Positions 29,531 to 40,295 are shown, counted from the stretch's first letter. The stretch is DNA of 64,000 bases from an uncultured Prevotella sp. (GCA_900541335.1 UQJC01000004.1:3808-67807); one strand, 5' to 3'. Numbers and translations: made by a program. The notes: a model not told the origin generated them from the letters alone.

Positions 29531-30739
29531 CTAAAGGTGCAAAGTATGTCCCATGCGCACCTTTTTCGTAGTCAGATAGCGTTCGTTATAGGGATTAGGC
29601 GTAACCTCAATGGGTACGTTCTCTGTAATCTCTAAACCGTAAGCTTCCAGACCAACACGCTTGACAGGATTGTTGGTAAGCAAGCGCATCTGGTGTACAC
29701 CGAGCAAACCAAGAATCTGCGCCCCTACGCCATAATCGCGTTCGTCGGGATCATAGCCCAAATGAACATTGGCATCTACCGTATCGTAGCCTTCTTCTTG
29801 AAGTTTGTAAGCGGCAATCTTCGCCATCAGCCCAATGCCACGACCTTCTTGATTGAGGTAGAGGATAACACCCTTTCCTTCCTTCTCAATCATCTGCATT
29901 GCCTTGTGAAGCTGTTCACCACAATCGCAACGCTCAGAACCGAAGATGTCACCCGTCATACACGAAGAATGTACACGCACCAGGATGGGTTCGTCTTCCT
30001 TCCATTCACCCTTGATGAGAGCAACATGTTCAAGACGATTACTCTTCTGACGGAAGGGAATGAGGCGGAAATGTCCATAAGCCGTAGGCATATCGACTTC
30101 TTCACCTTGCTCTACCAGGCACTCATTCTTCAAGCGATAAGCAATGAGGTCTTTGATGGTAATGATATGCAAACCTTCACGCTGGGCAAATTCCTGCAGC
30201 TGAGGCATGCGTGCCATGGTGCCGTCTTCGTTGAGAATCTCTATGAGACAGGCTGCTGGTTGCATACCAGCCAAACGTGCCAAGTCAATTGATGCTTCAG
30301 TATGTCCGGCGCGGGCAAGCACACCACGATCTTGGGCGTAAAGCGGATTGATGTGTCCGGGACGACCGAAACTCTCGGGACGACTTTCGGGATTAGCCAA
30401 AGCACGGATGGTAGCGGCACGATCGTGACAACTTACACCTGTGGAGCAACCTTCGAGCAAGTCGACCGTCACAGTAAAGGGAGTACCCAGCATACTTGTA
30501 TTGTCCTGCACCTGATGCTGGAGTCGGAGTTGATTACAACGTTCGATGGTAATAGGGGCACAGAGTACACCGCGACCGTGGCTCAACATATAGTTTACAT
30601 GTTCGGGCGTAACAAGTTCGGCAGCCATGATAAGGTCACCTTCGTTTTCGCGGTCTTCATCGTCAACTACGATGACGAACTTGCCTTCTTTAAAGTCTTG
30701 TATAGCCTCTTCGATGGAGGCGAGCTTGAATGTATCCAT
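29531..30739 (-). CDS. ribBA: Bifunctional 3,4-dihydroxy-2-butanone-4-phosphate synthase / GTP cyclohydrolase II
   Basis: DHBP synthase motif [11 protein letters not shown] in the N-terminal half. GTP cyclohydrolase II motifs (Cys triad CDCG, RGIG) in the C-terminal half. Start at internal MDTFKL (the ORF extends to 30817). Confidence 0.9.
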   Translation of the reverse strand: MDTFKLASIEEAIQDFKEGKFVIVVDDEDRENEGDLIMAAELVTPEHVNYMLSHGRGVLCAPITIERCNQLRLQHQVQDNTSMLGTPFTVTVDLLEGCSTGVSCHDRAATIRALANPESRPESFGRPGHINPLYAQDRGVLARAGHTEASIDLARLAGMQPAACLIEILNEDGTMARMPQLQEFAQREGLHIITIKDLIAYRLKNECLVEQGEEVDMPTAYGHFRLIPFRQKSNRLEHVALIKGEWKEDEPILVRVHSSCMTGDIFGSERCDCGEQLHKAMQMIEKEGKGVILYLNQEGRGIGLMAKIAAYKLQEEGYDTVDANVHLGYDPDERDYGVGAQILGLLGVHQMRLLTNNPVKRVGLEAYGLEITENVPIEVTPNPYNERYLTTKKVRMGHTLHL

Positions 30740-30847
30740 TGATGGGTTTGATATGATTATGGGTAGAATGGGATTGTATGATGTTTCAAAAATCGAATGA
30801 GTTGCCAAATCGTACAAGATAACATCCGAAACGAATGGCTATTGCCC

Positions 30848-33058
30848 TTAACGAACGGGCAACATGGGCGATGGGCTACGAAAATCGGACGGACTGTTCC
30901 CTTTACCTGAGGCAGAATCACCGGGACGATTGGCTTGCTCAGTCTGTGCCTTTGCACGCTGATGCTTTTGACGCTTCCAGCCATTCCAAACGATGGTGGC
31001 AAGCAAGGCCAAGAAGAGAACGACTACAGCTCCTTTTACGACACGCCTCATGCGTTTACGGAATCTACGAGAAGCAAGCTGTTCAGCATCGGGAGCCATA
31101 CCGTCATTTACTTCTTCTCTTCGTCCCGAAATCACTTGATCTAGCTGGTCACAGGTGCGAACGGTGATGCGCAAATCGCGCAACAAGCGCAAGCGGAACC
31201 GCCAAATGCGGAACCAAAGTATCAGCCCTAAGGGGAAGAATATACCAGCTAAGACATTGGCCCGATGGCTGTGGAAGGGGGAAGTATGAGCTGCGGCATA
31301 AATCGAGGGGAACTCATTAAGCAACGCAAGCACTTTGGAATCTCGACTATTCGACAATTCTTCAACCAGTGATTCGATGCGATCACGAATTTGCTTGGCA
31401 GCTTCGTCTTGTTCGTAACGGAAGAAAGTCTGCACATAATTGGGAGCACGAAGCAATTGTTTGCGCTGATTATATGCCCGGCAATCTTCACGCAATGCAT
31501 CTAACCAACCTGGTACAAGGTCCATGCGAGGATCTTCGATGATGACTTCTTTACGTACAAGGTGTCGTTTGGTACGAATACCCAACCAACGGAACAGCAA
31601 GGAACGGTAAGCGTCTAGATTGAAAACTACGGAATCGCGATTGGCCTTGTAGGTAATGAATATACCGAACGGAGCAATGACGAGCGTACTAATCCACATA
31701 CCCAAAGCCATGTTGATACTGCCGTCACGCGCCATCTTCATACTAGACGTGTTGATAATGTACCAGAAAATGAAGATAGCTACGGAGATTACGGTAGGCA
31801 TACCCAAACCACCCTTACGGATAATCGCTCCCAACGGAGCACCAACAAAGAAGAAGATGATGCAAGCCAAGGAGAGTGTCATTTTCTGATGCCATTCAAC
31901 CCAGTGGCGACGGATGTTGTAATCGCCATCGCTAACCACCATGGTTTTCCATTCCAAATCAGACTGCATGGAACGAACTGTCGAGCGCGCCAGCTGTCGC
32001 GCATTTTCCATTTCTATGTTTGAAGCATTGGCCTCGATGCTAGCCACTGTGGGAATCTTCGTTACCTGACCGGACGACTTGCGTTTCACCTTGCCTTGCA
32101 AGATAGCAGCCAGCTGCAACGAATCGGCACGGCGCAACGAACGAATGCGGTAATAGCTGCGATTCAAATCAGCATAATAGGCACGTCCAACGGAGTCGAG
32201 TTCATGTTCCATGGAGTCTACACTATGCTCAATCTGCTTCATGTTCTTCGCCTGCGGCATGCCAGTGAGCAACTCCTTGTCCATGAGATTAAAGTTGCTG
32301 TCGAAATCAATGAGCAGTTGCTTATAATTGAACGTTTCGCGGTCGTAAGGTTCACCGTTGTTATTCGACAACATGTTCGCACCGCCATCGGACTGCAAAG
32401 CTTGAAATTGCTCCCCATTCCATAGGTCTAGCTTCAAGTGCAACTTATCTGCTGTCATTTCCAAACGGGCAGAATCGGCCAGCACAATTTGCGCTTTCTC
32501 AAAACCCTGATCGGTCTTATAGATAATGGTCTGGTAGAGCATGCCCGTTTCGGCATTTTTCTTCTGCACAAAGAGATTGATGTTAGGCACTCCGTTATAA
32601 AACACCCCTTCAGGTATTTCAACCGCAGGCGACTGCTGTTTCATACTGAAAAGCAAGGTACGTAGATTGACCTGCGCCTCGGTAGAGGTGCTGTTCTGAA
32701 AATAAAAAGAAACACCCGTCATCAACAAAGCAACAATACCCAGTGGACGCATGATGCGTAACAGGGATACACCTGCCGCCTTCGTAGCAGTAAGTTCAAA
32801 CGACTCACCGAAGTTACCAAATGTAATGAGTGAAGCTAAAAGAATCGCCAAGGGAAGTGCCTGCGGTACCAAAGTCAGTCCCATGTACCAAAAGAACTGG
32901 GCAAGAATCTCCATGGAGAGACCCTTGCCTATCAATTCGTCCACGTAACGCCACGTGAACTGCATCATAAAAACGAACTGACAGATAAAAAAAGCTCCTA
33001 CGAAGATGAGTAGGAATTTTTGCAGGATATAGCGATCTAATTTCTTGATTCCAAGCAT
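30848..33058 (-). CDS. LptF/LptG (YjgP/YjgQ) family permease with ~250-aa C-terminal extension
   Basis: N-terminus MLGIKKLDRYILQKF… matches YjgP/YjgQ. 3+3 TM helices flank a periplasmic domain. Beyond ~aa 480 there is an extra Arg-rich region with 2 predicted TM helices. Confidence 0.75.
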   Translation of the reverse strand: MLGIKKLDRYILQKFLLIFVGAFFICQFVFMMQFTWRYVDELIGKGLSMEILAQFFWYMGLTLVPQALPLAILLASLITFGNFGESFELTATKAAGVSLLRIMRPLGIVALLMTGVSFYFQNSTSTEAQVNLRTLLFSMKQQSPAVEIPEGVFYNGVPNINLFVQKKNAETGMLYQTIIYKTDQGFEKAQIVLADSARLEMTADKLHLKLDLWNGEQFQALQSDGGANMLSNNNGEPYDRETFNYKQLLIDFDSNFNLMDKELLTGMPQAKNMKQIEHSVDSMEHELDSVGRAYYADLNRSYYRIRSLRRADSLQLAAILQGKVKRKSSGQVTKIPTVASIEANASNIEMENARQLARSTVRSMQSDLEWKTMVVSDGDYNIRRHWVEWHQKMTLSLACIIFFFVGAPLGAIIRKGGLGMPTVISVAIFIFWYIINTSSMKMARDGSINMALGMWISTLVIAPFGIFITYKANRDSVVFNLDAYRSLLFRWLGIRTKRHLVRKEVIIEDPRMDLVPGWLDALREDCRAYNQRKQLLRAPNYVQTFFRYEQDEAAKQIRDRIESLVEELSNSRDSKVLALLNEFPSIYAAAHTSPFHSHRANVLAGIFFPLGLILWFRIWRFRLRLLRDLRITVRTCDQLDQVISGRREEVNDGMAPDAEQLASRRFRKRMRRVVKGAVVVLFLALLATIVWNGWKRQKHQRAKAQTEQANRPGDSASGKGNSPSDFRSPSPMLPVR

Positions 33059-33272
33059 AGGGATTGTACGGGGTACGGTGTCATTCTGTCACGAAACAGC
33101 CCGTACCATTTAGCAATTCGGGGCAAATGTACAATATTTTTTTTGCGTGACCTTTCCAGTTTGCGGGTTTTTAGGAACACCTGAAGAGGGCACGTTAGTT
33201 CGACTGTATGCAATGAAAAATGGAGAAAATGAAGAGTTCGGATGTTTCTCTTCAATTTCTCCACTTACGCAA

Positions 33273-34511
33273 TTATGATCCTTGCGTGGCTTTCTGAAGT
33301 TTTTCCTTTCGTTCGCGCCAACTGTCTAACACGCGGCGACGGGACTGAAGGATGCTGGTACGATAGACTACACAAGTAGTAAAGCAATACACAACCGCTT
33401 GTACCCAAAGCATATTCCAATCGGAACGTACTTCAACCAAATGCGCTCCCATATTATTGATGGCTACAAATCCATGAATGCCGAACGTGGAAGGAAAAAG
33501 GTAACTAATGGTCTTCCAAACAGGAGGAACGGCACTACCTGGCCAAGAAAGTCCGGAAATGAAGAGCAAGGGCACAGAGGTAAAGACTATGAGCACTATG
33601 CACATTTCACGATGGCGAACGAAGCCACTCACGGTCATGGCAAAGAATATACAAGCCAATAGGAAGGGAACTATGAACAGGGCGATTTCCCACGGATTAC
33701 CTATCTGATTTAAACTAAACAGATGGGGTACGACACCCAGCACATAAACACTCAAAGGAATATAGATGAGCAAATAGGCAAACGATTTACTCCAAACAAT
33801 GCGCAACAAACCTGTATGACGGCGATCGACGGGAACTAAATAGCGAAATCTGTTTTGCTCACGAGCTGTACCTGCAGCCATACCGACTCCTAACAGCAGG
33901 GTTTGTTGAAGGATGAGAATCAATACAGCAGGAATCAAAAAAGTGGCAAACCCGTTCTGTGGATTATAGAGTGACACTTCTTCGTAGGCTATGGGATGTT
34001 CTGCCACTAAGTCTTGTTCAGCTGTTGTACCGCCTGCCCGCTTCACCTTGATTTGGGCATTCATAGCGAGGCTTACATTCGTATTGGCAGTCAGGACACT
34101 CTTGTAATAAAGTAATCCGCTCATGTCGGCATAGGCACTGACGTTGACTTGTTCCCCGCGTGCCAAACGACGGCTAAAATCACGCGGCACATAAACGGCA
34201 CCGTATGCCTCGCGGTCGCGAATCAGTCGCCTTGCCTCGGTCATATTGGCACAATAGGAGATAATCTTCACGTCGGGAGTGGCATCTAGTTTACGCAAGT
34301 AAGCACGACTCTGTGCCGAACGGCAGTCGTCAACCACTGCCACTGGAACTTTGCGCACTACCTCGTTAGTGTAGATGAAAGTATAGAGCAACGGATAGCC
34401 CAACGGCACAAGAAAAAAGAAGATGAGCACACCTGCATCTTTAAAGATGGTGCGCAACTCTTCACGGAACAAATAGTTCCAATCGGAAAGGGCTTGGGAC
34501 CAGTAGGACAT
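33273..34511 (-). CDS. ABC-2 family transporter permease (YhhJ-like), efflux locus
   Basis: 412 aa with a large N-terminal extracytoplasmic domain and C-terminal 6 TM helices. It is one of two paralogs. Confidence 0.75.
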   Translation of the reverse strand: MSYWSQALSDWNYLFREELRTIFKDAGVLIFFFLVPLGYPLLYTFIYTNEVVRKVPVAVVDDCRSAQSRAYLRKLDATPDVKIISYCANMTEARRLIRDREAYGAVYVPRDFSRRLARGEQVNVSAYADMSGLLYYKSVLTANTNVSLAMNAQIKVKRAGGTTAEQDLVAEHPIAYEEVSLYNPQNGFATFLIPAVLILILQQTLLLGVGMAAGTAREQNRFRYLVPVDRRHTGLLRIVWSKSFAYLLIYIPLSVYVLGVVPHLFSLNQIGNPWEIALFIVPFLLACIFFAMTVSGFVRHREMCIVLIVFTSVPLLFISGLSWPGSAVPPVWKTISYLFPSTFGIHGFVAINNMGAHLVEVRSDWNMLWVQAVVYCFTTCVVYRTSILQSRRRVLDSWRERKEKLQKATQGS

Positions 34512-34616
34512 ATGAGATAGTTAGAAATAGTGAGGATAAAGAGGAAGGAGAACTGCGACGACTGGAATGCCTGTGCATGGGAATTGGGAAAATTATGAGA
34601 CCACCAGCCACAAACC

Positions 34617-35768
34617 TTAGGGTTCGTAGCGATAAGTCGTCAAAACCTTTTTCAACCGTCCCATACAGGGCCAAGGCAACAAGGCAAATGCCAGAAGGGC
34701 GAGCACATAGGGCCAAGCGTTGGCAAGGGGATAACCGTCAAGGGCACTATTGACATAGAGCAGGAAGTAATGACGCAAGGGAAAGAGATTGGACAATCCC
34801 TGCAACACGGGGTGCATGGCCATCACGGGGAAAGACATTCCCGAAATGCTAAAGGAGATGACTCCCCAAAGCGATGCAAACGAAAGGCTCAAACGTAAGG
34901 TTGGTAGCATGGTGAACATAAACACACCCAACCCTTGACAGGCGAGTACATAGAGTGCCATAATCGCCCACATCCGGGGAATGCCGCAATGGCACGGGAA
35001 ATGGAGATAACCATACAGATAAAGCACATAGAGGGTTCCGGTCAGCAGAAAGATGGTAAGTTGGGGTACCAACTTACCTGTTACAGCAGCAATCACCGAA
35101 CCTCCAGCTTGTGTCATCAACTCATCGGCCGTACCAAACTTCAACTCTGTGCCGAGACTGTAGACGGTAATCATAAAAATAAAGATACCGAGCATACCAG
35201 GTATAATGACATTCGACAAGTAGATGTTGTAATTCAGCCAGGGATTGTGCACAGCGTGCATATCGATGACAATTGGTTGAAGATAAGCCATTGCCTGCCG
35301 TTCGGTAGCTCCTTTGGCATAAAGCACCGTGCGCGAGGCTGCTCCCGAAGCCAATTCAGACATGGTACGCATGTCACGATAAAGTAGCGAACCAGCCACG
35401 AGATAGGAATTGTTCGTATAGAACGACACGGTTGGCATACGCTGTAACTGAGCCTCACGGGTTGTTCCTTGTGGTATGTAATAAAACCCGTAGATTTCGC
35501 CCCGCTGCATAGCACGTCGCGCATCGGTTACCTGAGGATATTCCTGCACAATACGCGACATCTGGAAGGCATCGAGGTTACGTGCCAGGTTTCGGGTAGT
35601 CGAAGTATGATCTTCGTCTACCAAGCCCATCGGCAAATTTTCGGGCAAACCTCTCGACATCAAGGTCGTGAAGAACAGGTAACAGAATATCGGCGCAAGC
35701 ACCATGCAAAACCAGTAAAGGGGATGCTGGGCCAGACGTCGAAGTTCACGAATAAAAATAGAGAACAT
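34617..35768 (-). CDS. ABC-2 family transporter permease (YhhJ-like), efflux locus
   Basis: Paralogous to the downstream permease. Start at internal MFSIFIRELRR. Confidence 0.75.
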   Translation of the reverse strand: MFSIFIRELRRLAQHPLYWFCMVLAPIFCYLFFTTLMSRGLPENLPMGLVDEDHTSTTRNLARNLDAFQMSRIVQEYPQVTDARRAMQRGEIYGFYYIPQGTTREAQLQRMPTVSFYTNNSYLVAGSLLYRDMRTMSELASGAASRTVLYAKGATERQAMAYLQPIVIDMHAVHNPWLNYNIYLSNVIIPGMLGIFIFMITVYSLGTELKFGTADELMTQAGGSVIAAVTGKLVPQLTIFLLTGTLYVLYLYGYLHFPCHCGIPRMWAIMALYVLACQGLGVFMFTMLPTLRLSLSFASLWGVISFSISGMSFPVMAMHPVLQGLSNLFPLRHYFLLYVNSALDGYPLANAWPYVLALLAFALLPWPCMGRLKKVLTTYRYEP

Positions 35769-35963
35769 AGGATAAGAATCAAACGGGAGAGGGGGATGAA
35801 AGAATGAGAAGATGAGTTGAGGGGTGATGGAGTTGAGATAAATAGGTATCAACATACCTCGAAAGAACAATACAAAAACACTCAATCGACATGAAAGGAT
35901 ATACTGACATGAAGTGATGATCCGCGACTTAAGCCGACAAAAGTTTGTTCCACTCCCCCTATC

Positions 35964-36947
35964 CTACTGCTCGAGCAGGACACTCATGCCTGGGCGCAAA
36001 CCTTCGACCGCCTTTACAGGTGAAGCCTTAACCTCGAAGGTTTTCATATCAAATTGTCCCGTTGTCTTCGTTGCTTTCCAAGCAGCATACGAGCCCAAGT
36101 CGCGGAGGAAGTAAACACGGAGTTCTACGGGCTTGTTGCCAAGGGCGGGAATGACAGCTTTGACCGTACCGTTCATCTTGAACAACGACAGATGATCTTC
36201 GCGCACATTGAAGCTTACCCACATTTCGTCCATCAAGGCTACATTCATAATGGGAGCTCCCGTACCAACCAATTCACCAATTTGAGGAAATATTTCAGTC
36301 ACCTCTCCGTCTGCCGAAGCGGTCAGCACGGTTTCACGCAAGTAAGCACCCACTTCGTCGATAGCTCCCTGCGCCTGCGACACGAGAGCGGCAGCAGCTT
36401 GCTTATCTTCTCGCTGTGCTCCGTTCTTTGCCATGTCATATTGCGATTTGGCAGCACGTTCGGTAGCAATTGCGGCATCGCGCTGAGCAGTTACTTCGTC
36501 GAGTTTTTGGGCTGTCATAACTCCCTGGTCGTAGAGACGCTTTACGCGATTGTAAGACTTTTCGGCAATCTGTACACCGGCACGCGCCTTTTGCCACATT
36601 TCGTAAGCACCAGCTATCTGCTCGCTACGGGCCCCCTTCTCAGCCTTGCGGTTTTGGGCGGCAGCAGCTTGTTCGACAGCGCGTGCCTGCTTGAGTTTTG
36701 CATTCACTTCGGGAGCTTCCAAAATAGCGAGCGTATCGCCAGCTTTCACTTGGTCGCCTTCCTTCACTAAATAGCGAAGCACACGACCAGGCACTTTACT
36801 AGAAACACGGTATTCGTTGACATCGGCTTGTCCTTGTATGGTGTCCTTTTCATCACTAAAAGCATACAGACTACCGATTATTACTAAGATAATGACACCT
36901 GCAAGAATAAAGATAGCAGGCAAAAGATTAGGTTTCTGACGACTCAT
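35964..36947 (-). CDS. HlyD-family membrane fusion protein
   Basis: N-terminal TM anchor, biotinyl/lipoyl-like and coiled-coil regions, beta-barrel C-terminus. Confidence 0.85.
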   Translation of the reverse strand: MSRQKPNLLPAIFILAGVIILVIIGSLYAFSDEKDTIQGQADVNEYRVSSKVPGRVLRYLVKEGDQVKAGDTLAILEAPEVNAKLKQARAVEQAAAAQNRKAEKGARSEQIAGAYEMWQKARAGVQIAEKSYNRVKRLYDQGVMTAQKLDEVTAQRDAAIATERAAKSQYDMAKNGAQREDKQAAAALVSQAQGAIDEVGAYLRETVLTASADGEVTEIFPQIGELVGTGAPIMNVALMDEMWVSFNVREDHLSLFKMNGTVKAVIPALGNKPVELRVYFLRDLGSYAAWKATKTTGQFDMKTFEVKASPVKAVEGLRPGMSVLLEQ

Positions 36948-36998
36948 AATAGAGGAGATTGAGAGGTTGAAAGTTTAACTATACCGAACGATGACGTT

Positions 36999-38471
36999 CT
37001 ATCTTTGACCGATGGCCTTGCGGTACGCGGCACGCGTAATCTTCGTGTCGATCTGCGAATCGATTTTGTCGCTATGTGCCTGAAGCCATGCGGTTTGTGC
37101 CTGAAGCAAGTCGGTCGTATTGATGACACCTTCGTGAAAGCCCACCTGAGCCACACGAAGATTTTCTTCAGCCTTGTCCAGGCTCTTGAGGCTCAACGCG
37201 AGTTTGCGGTCGGCTTCGTTCACCCGAAAGGCTTCCTGCGTCACTTGCAGTTCAATCTTTTCACGAGCTTCTTCTGACTGAAGGGAAGCCATCATCGCTT
37301 CGGTCTTGGCTGAACGCACTTTGTAACGCGTTTCACCCCAGTTCCACACGGGAACTTTCAACAAGATGCCCACGCTCCAAGTTCCGCGAAACTTCTTTTC
37401 AAAGCTGTTGAATACATTCGGATTGGAAATGGCATAACCACCTGTCAAAGCTAACTGAGGTAAATGAGCTGAACGCTCTACGCGTGCTTTCTCGGTATAA
37501 ATCTGCTGCGCCAATTGCAACTGACGAAGCTCGGGACGCAGTGCATAAGCTTGACTGATTCCGTCCTGTACATTGACCGTAGCTTCAGATTGAACTGAAA
37601 GGTTTTCGCTTGCCTCGTCTGCTAAGATTGGACGATTGGTCAACGGAATACCACACAATTGACAAAGGAGCATACGCGAAAGGGTAAGTCCATCGTCGAC
37701 CTTAGTCAAGGTCATTTCAGCTTCATTAAGTTTTACGCTCACCGCCAGTCCGTTACTGCGGGTAGCCACACCTTCGTCAATCATCTTGACCATATCGGAA
37801 TCAAGTCGAGCCAACATGTCACGATAGCCTACAGCCAAACGGCGTTTGTTGACCAACGAAACGACTTGCCAATAGGCTTTCTCCACATCAAGCATCAAAG
37901 CCTGCTGACTGGCATCAAGGCGGTCGGCTGCAAGTTGCTTCTGATACTGCGTGATACGTTCGTAAGCTTTGATTTTTCCACCCATATAGAGGGGTTGGGT
38001 TAACAGGATGGCACCTGCGGTCATATTTCGGTTATCGGTATGCAAGGCATCTATTAGTCCTTGACCAAGGGCATTGCCCATTTGTCCGATTTGGGGTATC
38101 AAGCCTGAAAATCCTTGTACCAAAGGTGCGAGTTCAGGGTGTTGTGTAACCAATTGTTGAGCCATCTGCTGGAAACCATTCGAAGCAGTCGTTCCCAAAC
38201 TACCGAGCATCTTCTTTTGGTCTTTGCTTAAAAGGGAAACTTGGTCTCCGGTACGCATATAACCAGCTGTCAAAGATATTTTAGGGAAATAATTCGTGCG
38301 AGCCGCCTTACGATCCCACTCGCTCTTCTCTACACTCAAACGAGCGGCAGCAAGTTCTTTATTATTTTGCAAGGCGAGTGCGCGACAACTGTCAAGCGAC
38401 AGCGAGGTCTGCGCAGAAGCGCTAATGCCTGCCCAGGCAAGCAATAGGCAAAGGGTATATTTTTTCTTCAT
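36999..38471 (-). CDS. TolC-family outer membrane efflux protein
   Basis: Signal peptide and tandem OEP repeats. 490 aa. First gene of the tolC-hlyD-ABC2-ABC2 operon. Confidence 0.85.
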   Translation of the reverse strand: MKKKYTLCLLLAWAGISASAQTSLSLDSCRALALQNNKELAAARLSVEKSEWDRKAARTNYFPKISLTAGYMRTGDQVSLLSKDQKKMLGSLGTTASNGFQQMAQQLVTQHPELAPLVQGFSGLIPQIGQMGNALGQGLIDALHTDNRNMTAGAILLTQPLYMGGKIKAYERITQYQKQLAADRLDASQQALMLDVEKAYWQVVSLVNKRRLAVGYRDMLARLDSDMVKMIDEGVATRSNGLAVSVKLNEAEMTLTKVDDGLTLSRMLLCQLCGIPLTNRPILADEASENLSVQSEATVNVQDGISQAYALRPELRQLQLAQQIYTEKARVERSAHLPQLALTGGYAISNPNVFNSFEKKFRGTWSVGILLKVPVWNWGETRYKVRSAKTEAMMASLQSEEAREKIELQVTQEAFRVNEADRKLALSLKSLDKAEENLRVAQVGFHEGVINTTDLLQAQTAWLQAHSDKIDSQIDTKITRAAYRKAIGQR

Positions 38472-38683
38472 ACGTTTCAGTTAGGAGATACCTACGCGAC
38501 AAAAATACCGCTTTTCCCTTAGGTCAGCTGAATTTGGCTCCATGGAAGGGCAAGAAAAGGGAAAAATGGAACAGAAACGCGAGAAAAAGGTTGGCTTACA
38601 TCCCAATCAAACGGGTAGACACTCTGGCAACGCGCCCCTGTCGATATGACAAAAGGGCTGAAACAATAGAAAAGGACTTGTTT

Positions 38684-38852
38684 CAAGGATAAAAATTGTC
38701 AGATGGAAGGAAGAAGGACAATTTTCAAGGATAAAAATTGTCAGATGGGAGGAAGAAGGACAATTTTCAAGGATGAAAAATGTCAAATGGGAGGAAGAAG
38801 GACAATTTTCAAGGATGAAAAATGTCAGATGGAGGGAAGAAGGACAATTTTT
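38684..38852. repeat. Tandem array B: 4 x 42-bp direct repeats, each with 9-bp inverted arms AAAATTGTC/GACAATTTT around a 16-nt homopurine spacer
   Basis: Units at 38684, 38726, 38768 and 38810 with a few substitutions. About 210-380 bp upstream of the tolC start. Confidence 0.9.
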
Positions 38853-38914
38853 CTGCCACAGGAGGGGGTGACAGCAGAAGAGGGAAAGGCTGGAGCAGAA
38901 TGACAAAACAGGAA

Positions 38915-38962
38915 GCAACACCCAAAAGAAACCGTCCAAGGCGCAGGAAGCACCTTGGACGG
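38915..38962 (-). terminator. Rho-independent terminator after ackA (minus strand)
   Basis: 10-bp stem CCGTCCAAGG/CCTTGGACGG, with a T-rich tract on the minus strand. Confidence 0.65.
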
Positions 38963-39021
38963 CTGTATGTTCATGCTATTGCATGAGAATGGAAAAGAAT
39001 GGTTTGTAATCAACGAACGAA

Positions 39022-40212
39022 TTACTTAATCAAATCGAGCGTATCGCTGGCGATAAGCAATTCTTCATCGGTCGGAACAACAACCACTTTCACTTTACTA
39101 TCGGGCGTAGAGATGATTTCTTCTTCGCCACAGTTCTTGCGGTTCTTTTCTTGATCAAGCTTAATGCCCATAAACTCGAGATCTTCGGTTGCACCCTTAC
39201 GCACATCCCACTGGTGTTCACCGACACCAGCCGTGAAGACTACGATATCTACCCCACCCATCACGGCTGCATAGGCACCGATGTACTTCTTAATGCGGTA
39301 ATCGTACATTTCCATAGCAAGCTTAGCGCGTTCGTTACCGGCAGCAATTCCAGCTTCTACCTCACGGATGTCGCTAGAAATACCTGAGATACCGAGTACA
39401 CCGCTCTGCTTGTTGAGCAGGTCGCTCATTTCGTCGGCATTGAGACCTTCCTTCTTCATGATGCTGAGCACTGCAGAGGGATCTACGTCACCTGAACGCG
39501 TACCCATCATGAGACCTTCGAGCGGGGTCAGACCCATTGACGTATCAACACATTCGCCATACTTCACAGCAGAAACAGAAGCACCGTTACCGATGTGGCA
39601 AGTGACGATGCGCACATCCTTCGGATTCACGCCGAGTACTTCGCAAACGCGAGCGGTTACGAAGCGGTGGCTCGTACCGTGAGCACCCCAACGACGTACG
39701 TTGTTCTCCTCATAATACTTATAGGGAACGGCATACATGTATGCCTTAGCAGGCATCGTCTGATGGAAAGCTGTGTCGAATACAAATACCTGGGGAAGCT
39801 CGGGCAACATCTTCTTGACTGCCACATAACCCTTGAGGTGAGCTTCAGAATGAAGGGGAGCAAGTTCCATGTACTGCTTCCACTCTTCGAGCATCTGGTC
39901 TGTTACAACCTGGCTCTTGGTGAAGCGACCACCAGCCACGATACGGTGACCAGCTGCGCTAATTTCATCGAGGCTCTGAATAGCTCCGTATTCAGGATGA
40001 AGGAGCGTATCAAACATCAGCTTAATACCTTCCGTGTGGGTGGGACAAGCTGATTCGATGATTTTCGTTTCACCATTGATTTTAGTCTTGAGGAAAGAAC
40101 CTTCAAGACCGATTTTTTCAATACCACCTGCAGCCAATACGCTCTTGTCGTCCATTTCATAGAGTTTGTACTTGATGGAAGAGCTACCACAGTTGATGAC
40201 GAGAATTTTCAT
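39022..40212 (-). CDS. ackA: Acetate kinase
   Basis: N-terminal MKILVINCGSSSIKYKLY signature. 396 aa. Confidence 0.92.
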   Translation of the reverse strand: MKILVINCGSSSIKYKLYEMDDKSVLAAGGIEKIGLEGSFLKTKINGETKIIESACPTHTEGIKLMFDTLLHPEYGAIQSLDEISAAGHRIVAGGRFTKSQVVTDQMLEEWKQYMELAPLHSEAHLKGYVAVKKMLPELPQVFVFDTAFHQTMPAKAYMYAVPYKYYEENNVRRWGAHGTSHRFVTARVCEVLGVNPKDVRIVTCHIGNGASVSAVKYGECVDTSMGLTPLEGLMMGTRSGDVDPSAVLSIMKKEGLNADEMSDLLNKQSGVLGISGISSDIREVEAGIAAGNERAKLAMEMYDYRIKKYIGAYAAVMGGVDIVVFTAGVGEHQWDVRKGATEDLEFMGIKLDQEKNRKNCGEEEIISTPDSKVKVVVVPTDEELLIASDTLDLIK

Positions 40213-40295
40213 TGGGATAAAGAAATGTATATGTGTATTGAGGGAGTTTAAGAGGAGATAGAAATCATAACGCGGAAAGGCGTTAGAGCCTTTAC

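Noticed and set aside
30740-30847. FMN riboswitch upstream of ribBA
   Set aside because: Only ~110 nt separate ribBA from the upstream lptF/G-like gene. The segment lacks the conserved FMN-element core and is too short. ribBA is probably co-transcribed.
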